Positions 12,468-23,999 of a stretch of 64,000 bases of DNA are shown piece after piece. Within the stretch, counting starts at the first letter, position 1; each line of letters begins with the position of its first letter. The translations under genes and the position numbers were made by a program. This DNA comes from Mobula hypostoma. Its lineage: Eukaryota. The notes beneath the pieces were generated by a model. The model had not been told where the DNA came from, made no database searches, and was given only the letters and a program-made list of their open reading frames with translations. The stretch is taken from contig NC_086110.1 in assembly GCF_963921235.1 (NCBI RefSeq), forward strand, positions 55,614,001 through 55,678,000, in the 5' to 3' direction.

Positions 12468-13000
12468 TGTAACACCCTGGGAAATGTTTCAGTGCAAACG
12501 TAACGGTCTTTTTGTAGAAGCAGTGTTTGGGCTATGGTTAGAGATAACGGGTGCTTTGGAATGTGAGCTGGGTCCATTGTTCAACAGGAAATGAAGAGGA
12601 AAGATGCTGGAGACAACCAGTCATAGAATTCGACCCTGTGGGGGACCATGATTTGATGGAGCAAGAGTCCACATTTGATTGGTGAATATGCCTTTTGGAA
12701 GAGTTGAGCTCCAACTTGTGCACATTTGACTGTTTAATTATAATTGGTCCTGTTTTTTTTTTGTTTTTTTTCTTTTCTTTACCACCCCTTTAGTTAAGAT
12801 ACGTAAATAAAATTCCTTTAATCATATGCAGTGTGCTGCCTGTTATTTCTTGGCACTGAATTTGTAACAGGGTAGCAAATTACACAGCATTCACACAAGC
12901 CAGGATTTGGGGTGGGAGAGCCGTCTCAATCTCACGGGTTTGACGGGACGGGAGTATGTCTTCCCCAGACTTACGCAACCAAGGAAACCAGCGGGTTTCA
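12468..13000 (+). mobile_element. Probable solo LTR
   Basis: TG...CA termini with short inverted ends TGTAACACCC / GGGTTTCA and an internal AATAAA. Interrupts an old antisense CR1 (about 12230-13340). TSD unclear. Confidence 0.6.
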
Positions 13001-13424
13001 TTTAGTAACACACTTCTCCACTTCTCTGAACCCTGCACATCTTCCCTTCAGTGTGCTACCCAGAAATGGATGCAACACTATAGTTGTAACTAAGACATAG
13101 TTGTTTGCTCTTGTACTCTGTGCTTCTATTTATAAAACTCAACGTGAGATGCACATTTTAATCATGCCTCCCATTTGCCCTGCCACTTTCAACAAACTAT
13201 GCATACTGTATATATTCCAAGTTTGTTCTGTCCTTTTAGAAATGTGGCCCCAGTTTTACACCGTCACTTCTCATTCTTTCCCCCAAAATGTAACCGTTCC
13301 TATTTTTCAGTGTTAACTGTTATCTATCCATTCCACAAGTTGTAATATTGCCTTGAGGTCTTTAACATCCTTCCTTATAGCTCAGTCGAGCTCTAGTATG
13401 TAGTATACCCACCACTGAAAAACT

Positions 13425-13820
13425 CAGGTGTTTGTCTTTGGAGCAAAGAAGAATAAGCAGTGACTTGATAGAGCTGTACAGGATGATAAGAGGCATAGAT
13501 CATATGGATAACTAGAGACTTGCCCAGGGTGAAAATGGCTAATACCAGGGACAATCATTTTAAGGTAATTGGAGGAAAGTATAGAGGGGATAGCACTGGA
13601 AAGTTCTTTACTCAGTGAGTGCATGAAATGCCCTACCAAGGGTGGTGGTAGAGGCAGATATATTAGGGGAATTTAAGAAACTCTTAGATAGGCATATAGA
13701 TGATAGAAAAATGGCAAGATATGTAGGAGGCAAGGGTTAGATTGAAGAATTGGAGCAGGGTAAAAGGTCAGCCTATCATCGTGGGCTGTAGGGCCTATAC
13801 TATGCTGTAGTGTTCTATGT
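13425..13820 (+). mobile_element. CR1 3' fragment
   Basis: CR1 ORF2 C-terminal nucleotide motifs and 3' tail GCTGTAGTGTTCTATGTTC. Confidence 0.8.
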
Positions 13821-14044
13821 TCGAAGTTTTACATTTCCTACAAATCTGGAACTTTGAACAAGTTTATAAAGAATGTCTAGAAGACTGTTAATAGCCAAAT
13901 CTGGATCAGTGGCAACAGGTGAATTCTGAAAACAAAATGATAGAAATGGTTCAGTTTTGAAGGACAGTGAGTCCAGAAAATTGTAAACTGTTGAAGTGAA
14001 AGACAAAATCTATTTAATGAGCATAGGTTGGACTTCAGTGGAGC

Positions 14045-15904
14045 AGTTCAGGAGGCTGTTAAATAGGGGCCGTGGACAATTCTGATTTGATGGAGAATGG
14101 ACGTGAAAGCACAGAGGAACATCTGGAGAAATTTCGGAAACGTCCATCCGCTGCTGTCGTTACTGTGTGGTCGGGAATTTTTCGGAGGGTAGGCCTCAAA
14201 ATCCCCGGCCTTGCCTGCTTTCGGTGACCGAGAAGGAGGTCGAATCGTTCAGCAGAGATGCCGCTCGGTACTCTGTGTCAGCGAGCTGATCAGAGCTCGA
14301 AGCTTTCGAATGACTCAGAGTCGGATTGTGGTTGGCATGGCAGGGAGAGTTTTTCTTCCTTCTCCCGTCTGCGTGAGATGTGGGACATTTAAGAAACCTT
14401 GAACTTTACTGTGCTCACGGACTTTCTTCATTAAGTTATGGTATTGTTACACTGTTTGTAACTATATGTTATAATTATGTGGTTTTCTTACTTGCCGCTA
14501 AGAGGGCCTGCAGCAACTTTATATCTTCCTTCTGTTCAAGGAACAATACATGCCCCAAATAGAGCGTCTCAAAGTTCAGAGGTATCTGGGACCTAAGTAC
14601 CTTAACTAATGTTCTATGAATACCTTCCCAAAATAGACTTAATTTAGGGCAATCCCAGAAAATATGAAAATGATTTGCCTCCTTAGAGCCGCACCTTCTC
14701 CAACACATCACATTTGTATCTTTATATTTTTCCTGATATGGGGTCTTGAAGTATCTTATAATGTTTTTCCAACAATGTTCTCTCCAAGTCAAAGAATTAG
14801 TCGAGGACCTTTGAAAGCTGCAGATTTTCCCCCAAGCCTCCTCTGAAAGTACCAACCCCGCTTCTTTCTCCCACTTCTCTTTAATATACAGTGTATTTAC
14901 ATTTTTAGCATGGGAGAGTGCATTATATAGGCGAGAAACTGATTTACTAGGTATTGAACTGCAAGCCGAATTCAGAATCTTGAAAAATTCTAATTCTACT
15001 GTTGATAGGTCTGTAAGAAATCAATCACTAGAAAATGGCTAAATCCAATACCACCTACATTAGAAGATTGGTACGAAATTATCTTGGAAATATTTAAAAT
15101 GGAAAAGTTGACCTACTCCCTGAGAACTCAAAAAGAAACATTTTATCGAATCTGGAATAAATGGATTGAATATATAACCCCAATGCGAGCAGACTTTAGA
15201 TGACTCTCTTAATGATTTATATTGCTCTTCTCATCAACACAGTAATATTGCTAACGTAAGCACCCCTAGTCTAAATGTTTGTTGTTGTTTTTTTTTTGGA
15301 AAATAGAGAATTAACACAAGTAAAGGGAAAGATTTGGGAAAGGGATAAAAAAAAATGAAAAAATTAGGTAAATAAGTACATAGGGATTGGATAATTATGT
15401 CTGCGGGCAGGAACAAGCACGAACAAATTGGGATATAAACACCTACAATGGTTGGTATATAGGCTTGTATGCAACATTTTGGACCAGTGGAAATGGTCCA
15501 GAAGGGTTGTATGGAAACTATTATTACCATTTTTCTTAACAACTAATTTCATTACCTAGCCTAATAGGTTAGATTTACCACAGTACATAATTATCTATTT
15601 AACTGTTTATTTTGCTTTTATATCATCTCAATGTGTACTTAAGGATGTATAAATAATTGTAGTTTTATACATATAAAAAAATGGAAAAGGTTATATGTGT
15701 GAAAAAAGTACATGATAATTGTGAACTCCTTATCCAAATAAAAATAAAATTTAAAAAAAATAATTATGTGGTTTTGTCAGTTTTTTTCAGTCTTGGTTTG
15801 TCCTGTGTTTTGTGATATCACACCGGAGGAAATGATGTATCATTTCTTAACGCATGCATTACTAAATGACAATAAAAGGGGACTACGTGTCTTCATCATC
15901 TAAT
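14045..15904 (+). mobile_element. Non-autonomous retroelement split by the L1 insertion (parts ~14045-14486 and 15760-15904)
   Basis: Homologous to the uninterrupted copy at 57139-57690. Ends GCATGCATTACTAAATGACAATAAA...ATCTAAT. Confidence 0.8.
14487..15759 (+). mobile_element. L1/Tx1-clade LINE 3' fragment with 5' inversion (14487-15012 inverted, 15013-15759 sense)
   Basis: Minus segment encodes the ORF2 CCHC region (CWRRCGSKEANHFHIFWDC...LLAASKK). Plus segment continues SKKSITRKWL...WNKWIEYI..*, then 3' UTR and A-tail. Perfect 16-bp TSD ATAATTATGTGGTTTT (14471-14486, 15760-15775). Confidence 0.92.
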
Positions 15905-17714
15905 GAAAAGGAGCTACAAGAAGGAAAAGGCAATTGAGTGAGTGAAGAGTGGACCAAGCCAGCATATGGGAAATTGTTCATTTAGAATACTGAAAGAGGA
16001 GGCACAGGAAAATGTAAACCAATAGAGAGAGATTTTCCTAGTCCTGGGCCTGGATTTGTTGACTGCATGCAGTGAATAATTGAAACAAAACAGTCAGCAA
16101 AATGTAATGATTTTCAGTGAAATCCACAGACATTTACTGTATACCGATTTTCATAAATTTATAGAAAACTGACAAGGCTCTCCTGCGGGTGTGTTCCTCC
16201 ACAGCTGCCTAAAAAGCTCAATGATATTTGTCCTTCATTAATAATCTTATGAATTAATGATTAAATCGTGAAGGGATTTTAAAAGTAGATATTTCCTTCA
16301 AAGGTTAAAATTCTACACGGTTTTTGCACACACCACGGTGCACTGCTGTTAAATTACAATATTGATGTCTTGTACATGGAAATCAAGAATAAAAATTAGT
16401 TGTACAACATGTAAATTACTTACACATGATGAATAACTTATCAACAGATTCTCCCTAGCAGAGATGTGATGTAAATTTTGCATTATACAGTATTTGATTA
16501 CTTGCATTGTTTTCCATATCTTAGACAAAAACAAATATCCAATTCATAATCTTGGTTTTCACTACACTCAGCTTTATCTCAGTATGTATCTAACAAAGTC
16601 AAATCTTGCGAATGAAGCACTTTCACTGTTCCATTTACTTTCTTGGGCATAGGTAAACATCTGACCTGCAGCATTCTTTCAATTCACAGGCAGCAACATA
16701 ACTATAGTTTAAAATTAAACTAAGGCAGATGGATGTGGTAGGAAATTATGAACACAGACTAAGTTTATCAATTACTTTACCTGGTATTTTACCTAGAATA
16801 CTTAATGTAGGAATGCTTGATATTGGCCGTGGAGGAATCACCTTGAAAAGATTTCCACTCTCCAGGGCTAATAGTTTTCACCTTTTTTGACATCAATATT
16901 TGATATAAACTTCACATCTAACTTTGTACCAGGTGTGAATGTGTTAGAAGTCCAAAAGTCAAGTTTACTCGAACCTGGTTATTTGATCAAGTTAGGGCTG
17001 CATTAACCAGCTCATATTGATTGCCTGTAATAGTAAATATTCTTTTGTAGCTCTCAAAAATAAAATCGATGTTGAAGATAAACTGTAGAACAGAGGTCAC
17101 TGCTCAACAGTCCTATGGATAGTTGGTTTTCTATGGGCTTTAAATTCTATTACCATAACTGGTACAGTTCAACTTCTGGTAGGACATCAGTTTACAAGAT
17201 GCAGGATGTGGTCCTGTGAAAGATTTTCAATAGAATGGATTTTGTGTGCATTTCAAATATACAGCAATCCTTTTGACATGTTCCTTTTGAGATGGCAGCT
17301 AGTAGGTAACTATGAAAATGCAACCTTGAAGCACCATTTTGTGGGATACAGTTGGTTTCTAGATCTACAGTGTGGCAGGTAGGAAAATCACAGCAGCGGA
17401 GGTTTTAAGTTTAGCTAGAAATGCTCAAAATTAAAAGGGCTGTTGTCATATTTAATATGCAAATAAAAGCCTAATACCTGACTAAACTATGCCTTCAGGG
17501 TACACAACAGACTGCAGATGCTGTAATCTGGTGCAAAACACTAGATGCTGGAGGAACTCAGCAGGTCAAGCAGCATCTATGGAGGGAAATGGACAGTCGA
17601 TGTTTCTGTCTGTCCTTATGATGATGTGTATGTCCTTCACCATCTCAGCTGATGAGGTGAGCCTTAATGAAAACTAGAGCAGCAGCACCTCTTATTCGCA
17701 AATGAAAAAGTCTG

Positions 17715-18495
17715 CAACACACACAAAATGCTGGAAGAACTCAGCAGGCTAGGCAGCATCAATGGAAAAGAGTACAGTCGACATTTCGGGCCAAGACCCT
17801 TTGTCAGAACTGGCGAGAAAAAGATGAGGAGTCAGAGTTAGAAGGTGGGGGAAGGGGAGGAAGAAAATCAAGGTATTTGGTGAAACCGTGATGGGAAGGG
17901 TGAAGTAAAGAGTTGAGAAGTAGACTGGTAAAAGAGATACAGGGCTGGAGAAGGGGGAATCTGATCGGAGAGGACAGAAGCCAATGGAAGAAAGAAAAGG
18001 GGGAGGAGCACCAGAGGGAGGGGATGGACAGGTAAGGAGATAAAGTGAGAGAGGGAAATGGGAATGGGAAATGGTGAAGGTTGGTGCATTCCCAGAAGTT
18101 TGAGAAATCAATATTCATGCCATCAAGTTGGAGACTACCCAGATGGAATATAAGGTGTTACTCCTCCAACCTGAGTGTGGCCTCATGGCAACAATAGAAG
18201 AGGCCATGAACTGACATGTCGGAATGGGAAATGGAATTAAAATGGGTGGCCACTGGACGATACCGCTTTTTCTGGCTGACGGAGCATTGGTGCTCGGCAA
18301 AGTGTTCTCCCAACCTACGTCGGGTCTCACCGATATACAGGAGGCCACACCAGGGGCAGTCGATGACCCTAACAGACTCACGGGTGAAGTGTCCTCTCAC
18401 CTGGAAGGACTGCTTGGGACCCTGAATGGTAGTGAAGGAGGAGGTGTAGGGGCAGGTGTAATACTTGTTCTGTTTGCAAGGATAAGTGCCAAATC
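17715..18495 (-). mobile_element. Penelope-like element 3' part (GIY-YIG endonuclease, pyrimidine-rich UTR, terminal repeat)
   Basis: ORF 18158-18511 contains CGLLYIGETRRRLGEHFAEH...PVATHFNS (Penelope GIY-YIG). Shared terminus with hammerhead motif. Confidence 0.9.
17775..17812 (-). ncRNA. Decayed type I hammerhead ribozyme motif (best-preserved copy)
   Basis: Minus strand reads CAGUU-CUGACAA-AGGG UCUUGG CCC-GAAA-UGUC-GACUG. Stems I and II pair. CpG-type changes affect the core (CUGACGA to CUGACAA) and helix III (ACGU to AUGU). Confidence 0.6.
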
Positions 18496-18579
18496 CTGTC
18501 ACCATTTCCACTTTCCCTTCCCCTCTTCAGCTGGATCCCCCGATCACCTGTGAGCTCTTACTCTGCCGTTTTATACTGT

Positions 18580-19150
18580 GCGAGGTCTCCTTCGGTCAGG
18601 GTTGACCACAGATGTTGCATCCTAGCTGTCTAGATAGTCAAGCCTGGGCAGGACCACATGGAGAGCAAGCTGTTGCCCATGTGGCAGGCTTCCCCTCTCC
18701 ATGTATCTGATGAACCCAAAGGAACAGCAGAGACCAATTACAGTTTGGCACCAGCGGTGTCGCAGGAGTTGCCAGTCAGCATTGAACTCAACATAGGACA
18801 GCCTTAGGTACTCTAGCTCTGGGTTTTTCCCTTGGGGGTTTACTCCCGAAGCCTTCCTGCTGCCACAGGACAGCGGAGGTTAGAGATCAGGGTTTCCCTT
18901 CTCCTAGGTGACCTGCCAACCACGATTGAAGAGCCCCATCTGCCCAAAGCAACATGTTTTAAGGCTCAGTAACTCACCTTTGCCCCTTCTCCTGTCAGTA
19001 GAAATGGTTCAGCCAGCTTTGTAGCTAAGCCACATGTGAGGACCAGTAGCTGGACTTGATTGTCAGAGACTATTTCAGGCACACGCCACTGGGAGCATTT
19101 AATAGGTAGTGGGAGCTTGTCCCCATTACCACCCCCAGCTATAATGACCT
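18580..19150 (-). mobile_element. Non-autonomous RTE-related element (5' UTR-like head, RTE-type tail)
   Basis: Minus strand GGGGCTCTTCAATCGTGGTTGGCAGGTCACCTAGGAGAAGGGAAACCCTGATCTCTAACCTCCGCTG resembles RTE 5' UTRs. The 3' half is homologous to the 3' half of the SINE at 10690-11008. Confidence 0.6.
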
Positions 19151-19709
19151 TATGGGATCCCTTTTGTACTCACTCTCAGCTATGTAAGAGGAAAGGGTTA
19201 GATTGATCTTAGAGTAGGTTAAAAAGTCAGCACAACATTGTGGGCTGAAGGACTTGCACCATGTTGTAATGTCCAATGTTCTACCTTCTATCTCCCCTTT
19301 ATCTTTGGTCCAGCTGAAGGGTCCTGACACAAAACATGGACTGTCCATTTCCCTCCATAGATTCTGCCTGACCCACTGACTTCCCCCAGCATCTTGTGTG
19401 TTGCTATGCCTTCAGGGTAAACAGATTAACACACATCTTGAAGATACCAACAGAGAAATTGTTTAGCCACATTTTATTGGCGTGTTATTAGTTACCCCAG
19501 CACTGTGAAACTATGATAAAGATTGCAAACTTCATCTTCAAGGTTCATAGAACAGCATTGATAGGTTTGCCTAAGTAACATCGTATTTTGTCAGCCTCAG
19601 CACAATGTCGTACTATTGATCTACTGCAAATTCTCATGTTTCTCAGTGCTGGAGGAACTCAGCTGGTCAGGTAGCATCTGCGAAAATGAATAAACAGCAT
19701 CTCAGGCTC

Positions 19710-20422
19710 TGGCCCAGATGAACTGAAAAGGCAGGGATTGGGAGTGGAGGCGAGGGTCAGGCTGATTCCTCTCACTCTTCCGCAACGTTTACTCCTCTCT
19801 CTGCGACACTATGACAGTTCCAGATGCTCCGGGCTTTATGTCCGCGTGCTTCGTGGTGAATTGTCCCTCTGTGTGATGAACTGAGGCTCAGGCCGTGGGC
19901 CTGCTCCAATAGTGCTTGTTAAAGTTAAAGTCTGTCCCGAGCTTTTGTGGCCCATCAGGCCGGTGCTTATGCCGGATTCTGTGGTGTGAAGCGACTGAGA
20001 GTACAAGACTCCCCCCCGGATAGGACGCTAGTCTTTCACGAGGTTAACCCCCAGCATTTTGCTGGTACCCATTTTCAGCTGGGTGGACTGGAGCAGTGTG
20101 TGGTTAAGTGCCTTGCTCAAAGACACAACAAGCTGCCTTGGCCGAGACTCAAAACCACAACCTTCAGATCGTGAGCCCAATGCCCTAACCACTTGGCCAC
20201 GCGCCACACCCAACAGTGCTAGGCCTCATGTTTATGGATTGATTCACTTTTGTTTTGAAATCTGTTGTTTACTTTTATTGGTTGCATGATTTGTGTTTTT
20301 TTCTTTCTGTGTGCATTAGGTCTGGTCTTTTTATTAAATTGGGTTCTTTCGGGTTTCTTGTTTTGTGGCTCAAGGTTGTATAATTTATATATACCTTGAT
20401 AATAAATGTACTTTGAACTTTG
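19710..20422 (+). mobile_element. Non-autonomous element (same family as 43970-44475), host of a SINE
   Basis: Shared CTGGCCCAGAT..ACTGAAAAGGCAGGG body and tail AAGGTTGTATAATTTAT...TTGATAATAAATGTACTTTGAACTTTG. Confidence 0.7.
19917..20209 (-). mobile_element. tRNA-headed SINE with Meta-domain-like centre
   Basis: Same head as the 10690 SINE (TGGCCAAGTGGTTAGGGCA...TGAGCAAGGCACTTAACCACAC), centre CCACCCAGCTGAAAATGGGTACC, tail GACTTTAACTTTA. TSD CCAA(T/C)AGTGCT at 19906-19916 and 20210-20220. Confidence 0.85.
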
Positions 20423-21949
20423 GATTTCCAGCATCTGCGGAGTCTCTTGTGTTTATGGTTTATCTAAATAATTGTTACCTCAGCAATTAGTTTCTTAAAG
20501 GGATGTGCCACAATAAACTTAACACTTCCAGATACGGATGAGTGTTTCCTCTTAATGAAACAGTACTATGAGAGAGTGTTTCTCAAAGGGTAAATGAGTT
20601 TGGACAGGCTAATGAAAATCAGTAGCCCTAGGAGACTTTTTCTTTGTGCAAGGGGGCACGGAGTTTATTTCGGGCTACTATCAAATGCTCCAGTCAGGAT
20701 GTTATCCAGTTGGGTCGCCATCAGGACTTGAGCACAGCCTTTTAATGCCTGCATTCTAAGTAGCAAGCAATGCAGCAATTGCACTTAATCACACTGCCTT
20801 TCCCTGTAGGCTGAACAACAAGTAGATGGGACCTCTCTTTCTGAGTAAAGAATCTTGGTTTCCTCCACAATGCAGAGAAATTTGTGATGTGGCATACATT
20901 ACGTACCAGCTTGGAAACTGAGAGCATTTCTGGTATTGATCATAAGCAAAGGGCAAATAATGTTGAACAGAAATAGATCTCACAGAAGATTGCAGATTTC
21001 AGGGAACAGTCGTTTCAAGGGTTTCGCTTTCAAGTAGCATGGCTCCAGTGAAAATTACCTTAGGAAAATCTGCTTTTTCTGCGTGTAATAAGAACTTGAT
21101 TTTTTTGTAAATAAGTGAAGTTTGAAATCATGCTGAAGAGAGAAAAAAAGAATTTTGAATCTCTATTGAAATAATTTGAGGTATTTTATGTCAGAAAAAA
21201 GTTGGAACAAATGAAAGCTCCACAAACAGAATTTAATTTCCGGCAGGATATCAAAGTGCAATAAATAGCATCAAGGGACCATACAGAGGCACGGTACCTC
21301 CATGTTAAAGAAATTATCATAGTACAGCATTGTTTTCTTTTCAAATTGTCTAAAGAAATTTCTAGGTACTTCAATGACTTGGTATGCCCTAATCAAAACA
21401 ATAAGCTGTTGAAAACTACTTCTTTGAATCCTGTTGTTCCCAAGAAGCAGCTAGGTATTTTTATTTACAAAATGATCATGGAGTTTAGTTTTGTAACTGT
21501 CATGGGCTAGTTTGGCCTCTGTTACTGTGCAGCAGAGCTTTTGTCCTAAACGTAATGAGACATTGGGAAGTTCAGTGCCTATGAGAGTTGCTACTTACTG
21601 GCTGAGTTACAACATACTGAGCTTGCAAGACCAGGAAGTTTTGTCAGAAAAACTCAACCAATGACAAAGGGTTAAATATATCTTCTGACATTACTGAGGT
21701 TTGTCTCATGTCTCAGCTGTGGAATATGACACTGCATGCGATAAAGTAGCATGTCACTTAAACTAACCTTCACAAAATATTTGTTTTGTCATATTATGTA
21801 GCATCAACTCCTGTACTTTTCCATAGTTACAGCGTAAAACCAAAATGTTTATTTGAGAATGCATTTGTCTTTGCATTATATAGTTGTGCAGGTTGGAGTC
21901 TGGTGCTGGGCCTTCCTGTACTCTATCATATAAATTAATGATTAGGATT

Positions 21950-23995
21950 GGGTGAACCGCCACAAAAGGCAGCATCTTCCAGTAGCCACCCATTTCAATT
22001 GGACTTCCTATTCCCATTCCAACATGTCTGTCCACGGCCCCCTGTACTGCCTTTGTGAGGCCACACTCAGGGAGGAGAAGCAACACCTCATGTTAGACCA
22101 TAAGACCATAAGACAAAGTAGCAGAAGTCGGCCATTCGGCCCATTGAGTCTGATCTGCCATTTTATCATGAGCTGATCCATTCTCCCATTTAGTCCCACT
22201 CCCCCGCCTTCTCACCATTACCTTTGATGCCCTGGCTACTCAGATACCTATCAATCTCTGCCTTAAATACACCCAATGACTTGGCCTCCACTGCCGCCCG
22301 TGGCAACAAATTCCATAGATTCACCACCCTCTGGCTAAAAAAATTTCTTCACATCTCTGTTCTGAATGGGCGCCCTTCAATCCTTAAGTCATGCCCTCTC
22401 GTACTAGACTCCACCATCATGGGAAACAACTTTGCCACATCCACTCTGTCCATGCCTTTCAACATTCGAAATGTTTCTATGAGGTCCCCCCTCATTCTTC
22501 TAAACTCCAAGGAATACAGTCCAAGAGCGGACAAACGTTCCTCATATGTTAACCCTTTCATTCCCAGAATCATTCTAGTGAATCTTCTCCAACATCAGTA
22601 CATCCTCTCTTAAATAAGGAGCCCCAAACTGCCCACAGTACTCCAAGTGAGGTCTTACCAGCGCCTTATAGAGCCTTAACATCACGTCCCTGCTCCTATA
22701 CTCTATTCCTCTAGAAATGAATCCCAATATTGCATTCGCCTTCTTCACTACCAACTCAACCTAGAGATTAACCTTAAGGGTATCCTGCATGAGGACTCCC
22801 AAGTTCCATTGCATCTCAGAACTTTGAATTCTTTCCCCATTTAAATAATAGTCTGCCCATGTATTTCTTCTGCTAAAGGGCATAACCATACACTTTCCAA
22901 CATTGTATTTCATTTGCCACTTCTTTGCCCATTCTTCCAATCTATCCAAGTCTCTCTGCAGACTCTCTGTTTCCTCAGCACTACCGGCCCCTCCACTTAT
23001 CTTTGTATCATCAGCAAACTTAGCCACAAAGCCATCTATTCCATAATCCAAATCGTTGATGTACGACCTAAAAAGAAGCAGCCCCAACACAGACCCCTGT
23101 GGAACACCACTGGTAACCGGCAGCCAACCAGAATAGGATCCCTTTATTCCCACTCTCTGTTTCCTGTCAATCAGCCAACGCCCTATCCACGTATGTAACT
23201 TTCCCGTAATTCCATGGGCTTTTATCTTATTAAGCAGCCTCTTGTGTGGAACCTTGTCAAAGGCCTTCTGAAATCCAAATATACAACATCCAATGCATCT
23301 CCCTTGTCTAGCCTACTTGTAATTTCCTCAAAAAAATTGTAATAGGTTTGTCAGACAAGATTTTCCTTTAAGGAAACAATGCTGAGTTCTGCCTATCTTG
23401 TCATATGCCTCCAGGTAATCTGTAACCTCATCCTTGACAATCGACTCCAACAACCTCCCAACCACCGATGTCAAGCTATCTGGGTTGACATTCTGCCTGT
23501 GTAGGCTCTAACCTCTAATAGCATGAACATTGATTTCTCTAGTTTACCAATTCCCTTTTTCTCTTTTTCCTTTCCCCATTCTGGTTCCGTCTCATCCTTT
23601 CTCTTATCACCTGCCCATCACCTCATTCTGATGCCCTTCATCCTTCCCTTTCTTCCATGGTCTACTATCATCTCCTATCAGATTCCTTCTTCTTCAAACC
23701 TTTACTTCTTCCACCTAGCACCTCAGAGACTCTTACTTCATCCCCTTTCACTCTCCACCCACCCTCCTTATCCCTCATTTGGTTTCACTTATCACTTGCC
23801 AACTTATACTTCTTCCCCTTCCACTAATTTCTTGTTCTAGTTTCTGCCCCCTTCCTTTCCAGCCCTGTTGAAGGATCTCGGCCAAAAACATTGACTCTTT
23901 ACTCTCCTCCATAGATGCTGCCTGACTTGTTGAGTTCCGCCAGCATTTTGTGCATGCTGCTCAAGATTTCTAGCATCTGCAGGACCTCGCATTTA
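21950..23995 (+). mobile_element. Penelope-like 3' part split by a CR1 (parts ~21950-22092 and ~23490-23995)
   Basis: PVATHFN...SVHG...EATLREEKQHL, then after the CR1 MNIDFS, a pyrimidine-rich UTR and the shared terminus. Confidence 0.8.
22095..23478 (-). mobile_element. CR1 LINE 3' fragment (RT region)
   Basis: ORFs with VTSGVPQGSVLG...KFADDTK and LYSLEFRRMRGDLIE. Tail (TCTTATGG)n at about 22095-22112. Confidence 0.92.
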
Positions 23996-23999
23996 TGAT

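Noticed and set aside
16780-17025. Minus-strand exon-like stretch (SKLDFWTSNTFTPGTKLDVKF)
   Set aside because: Weak splice sites, stops nearby, no recognisable homolog.
21121-21510. Mostly open plus-strand frame with two stops
   Set aside because: Weakly resembles decayed Gypsy gag. Too diverged to call and not supportable as a host exon.
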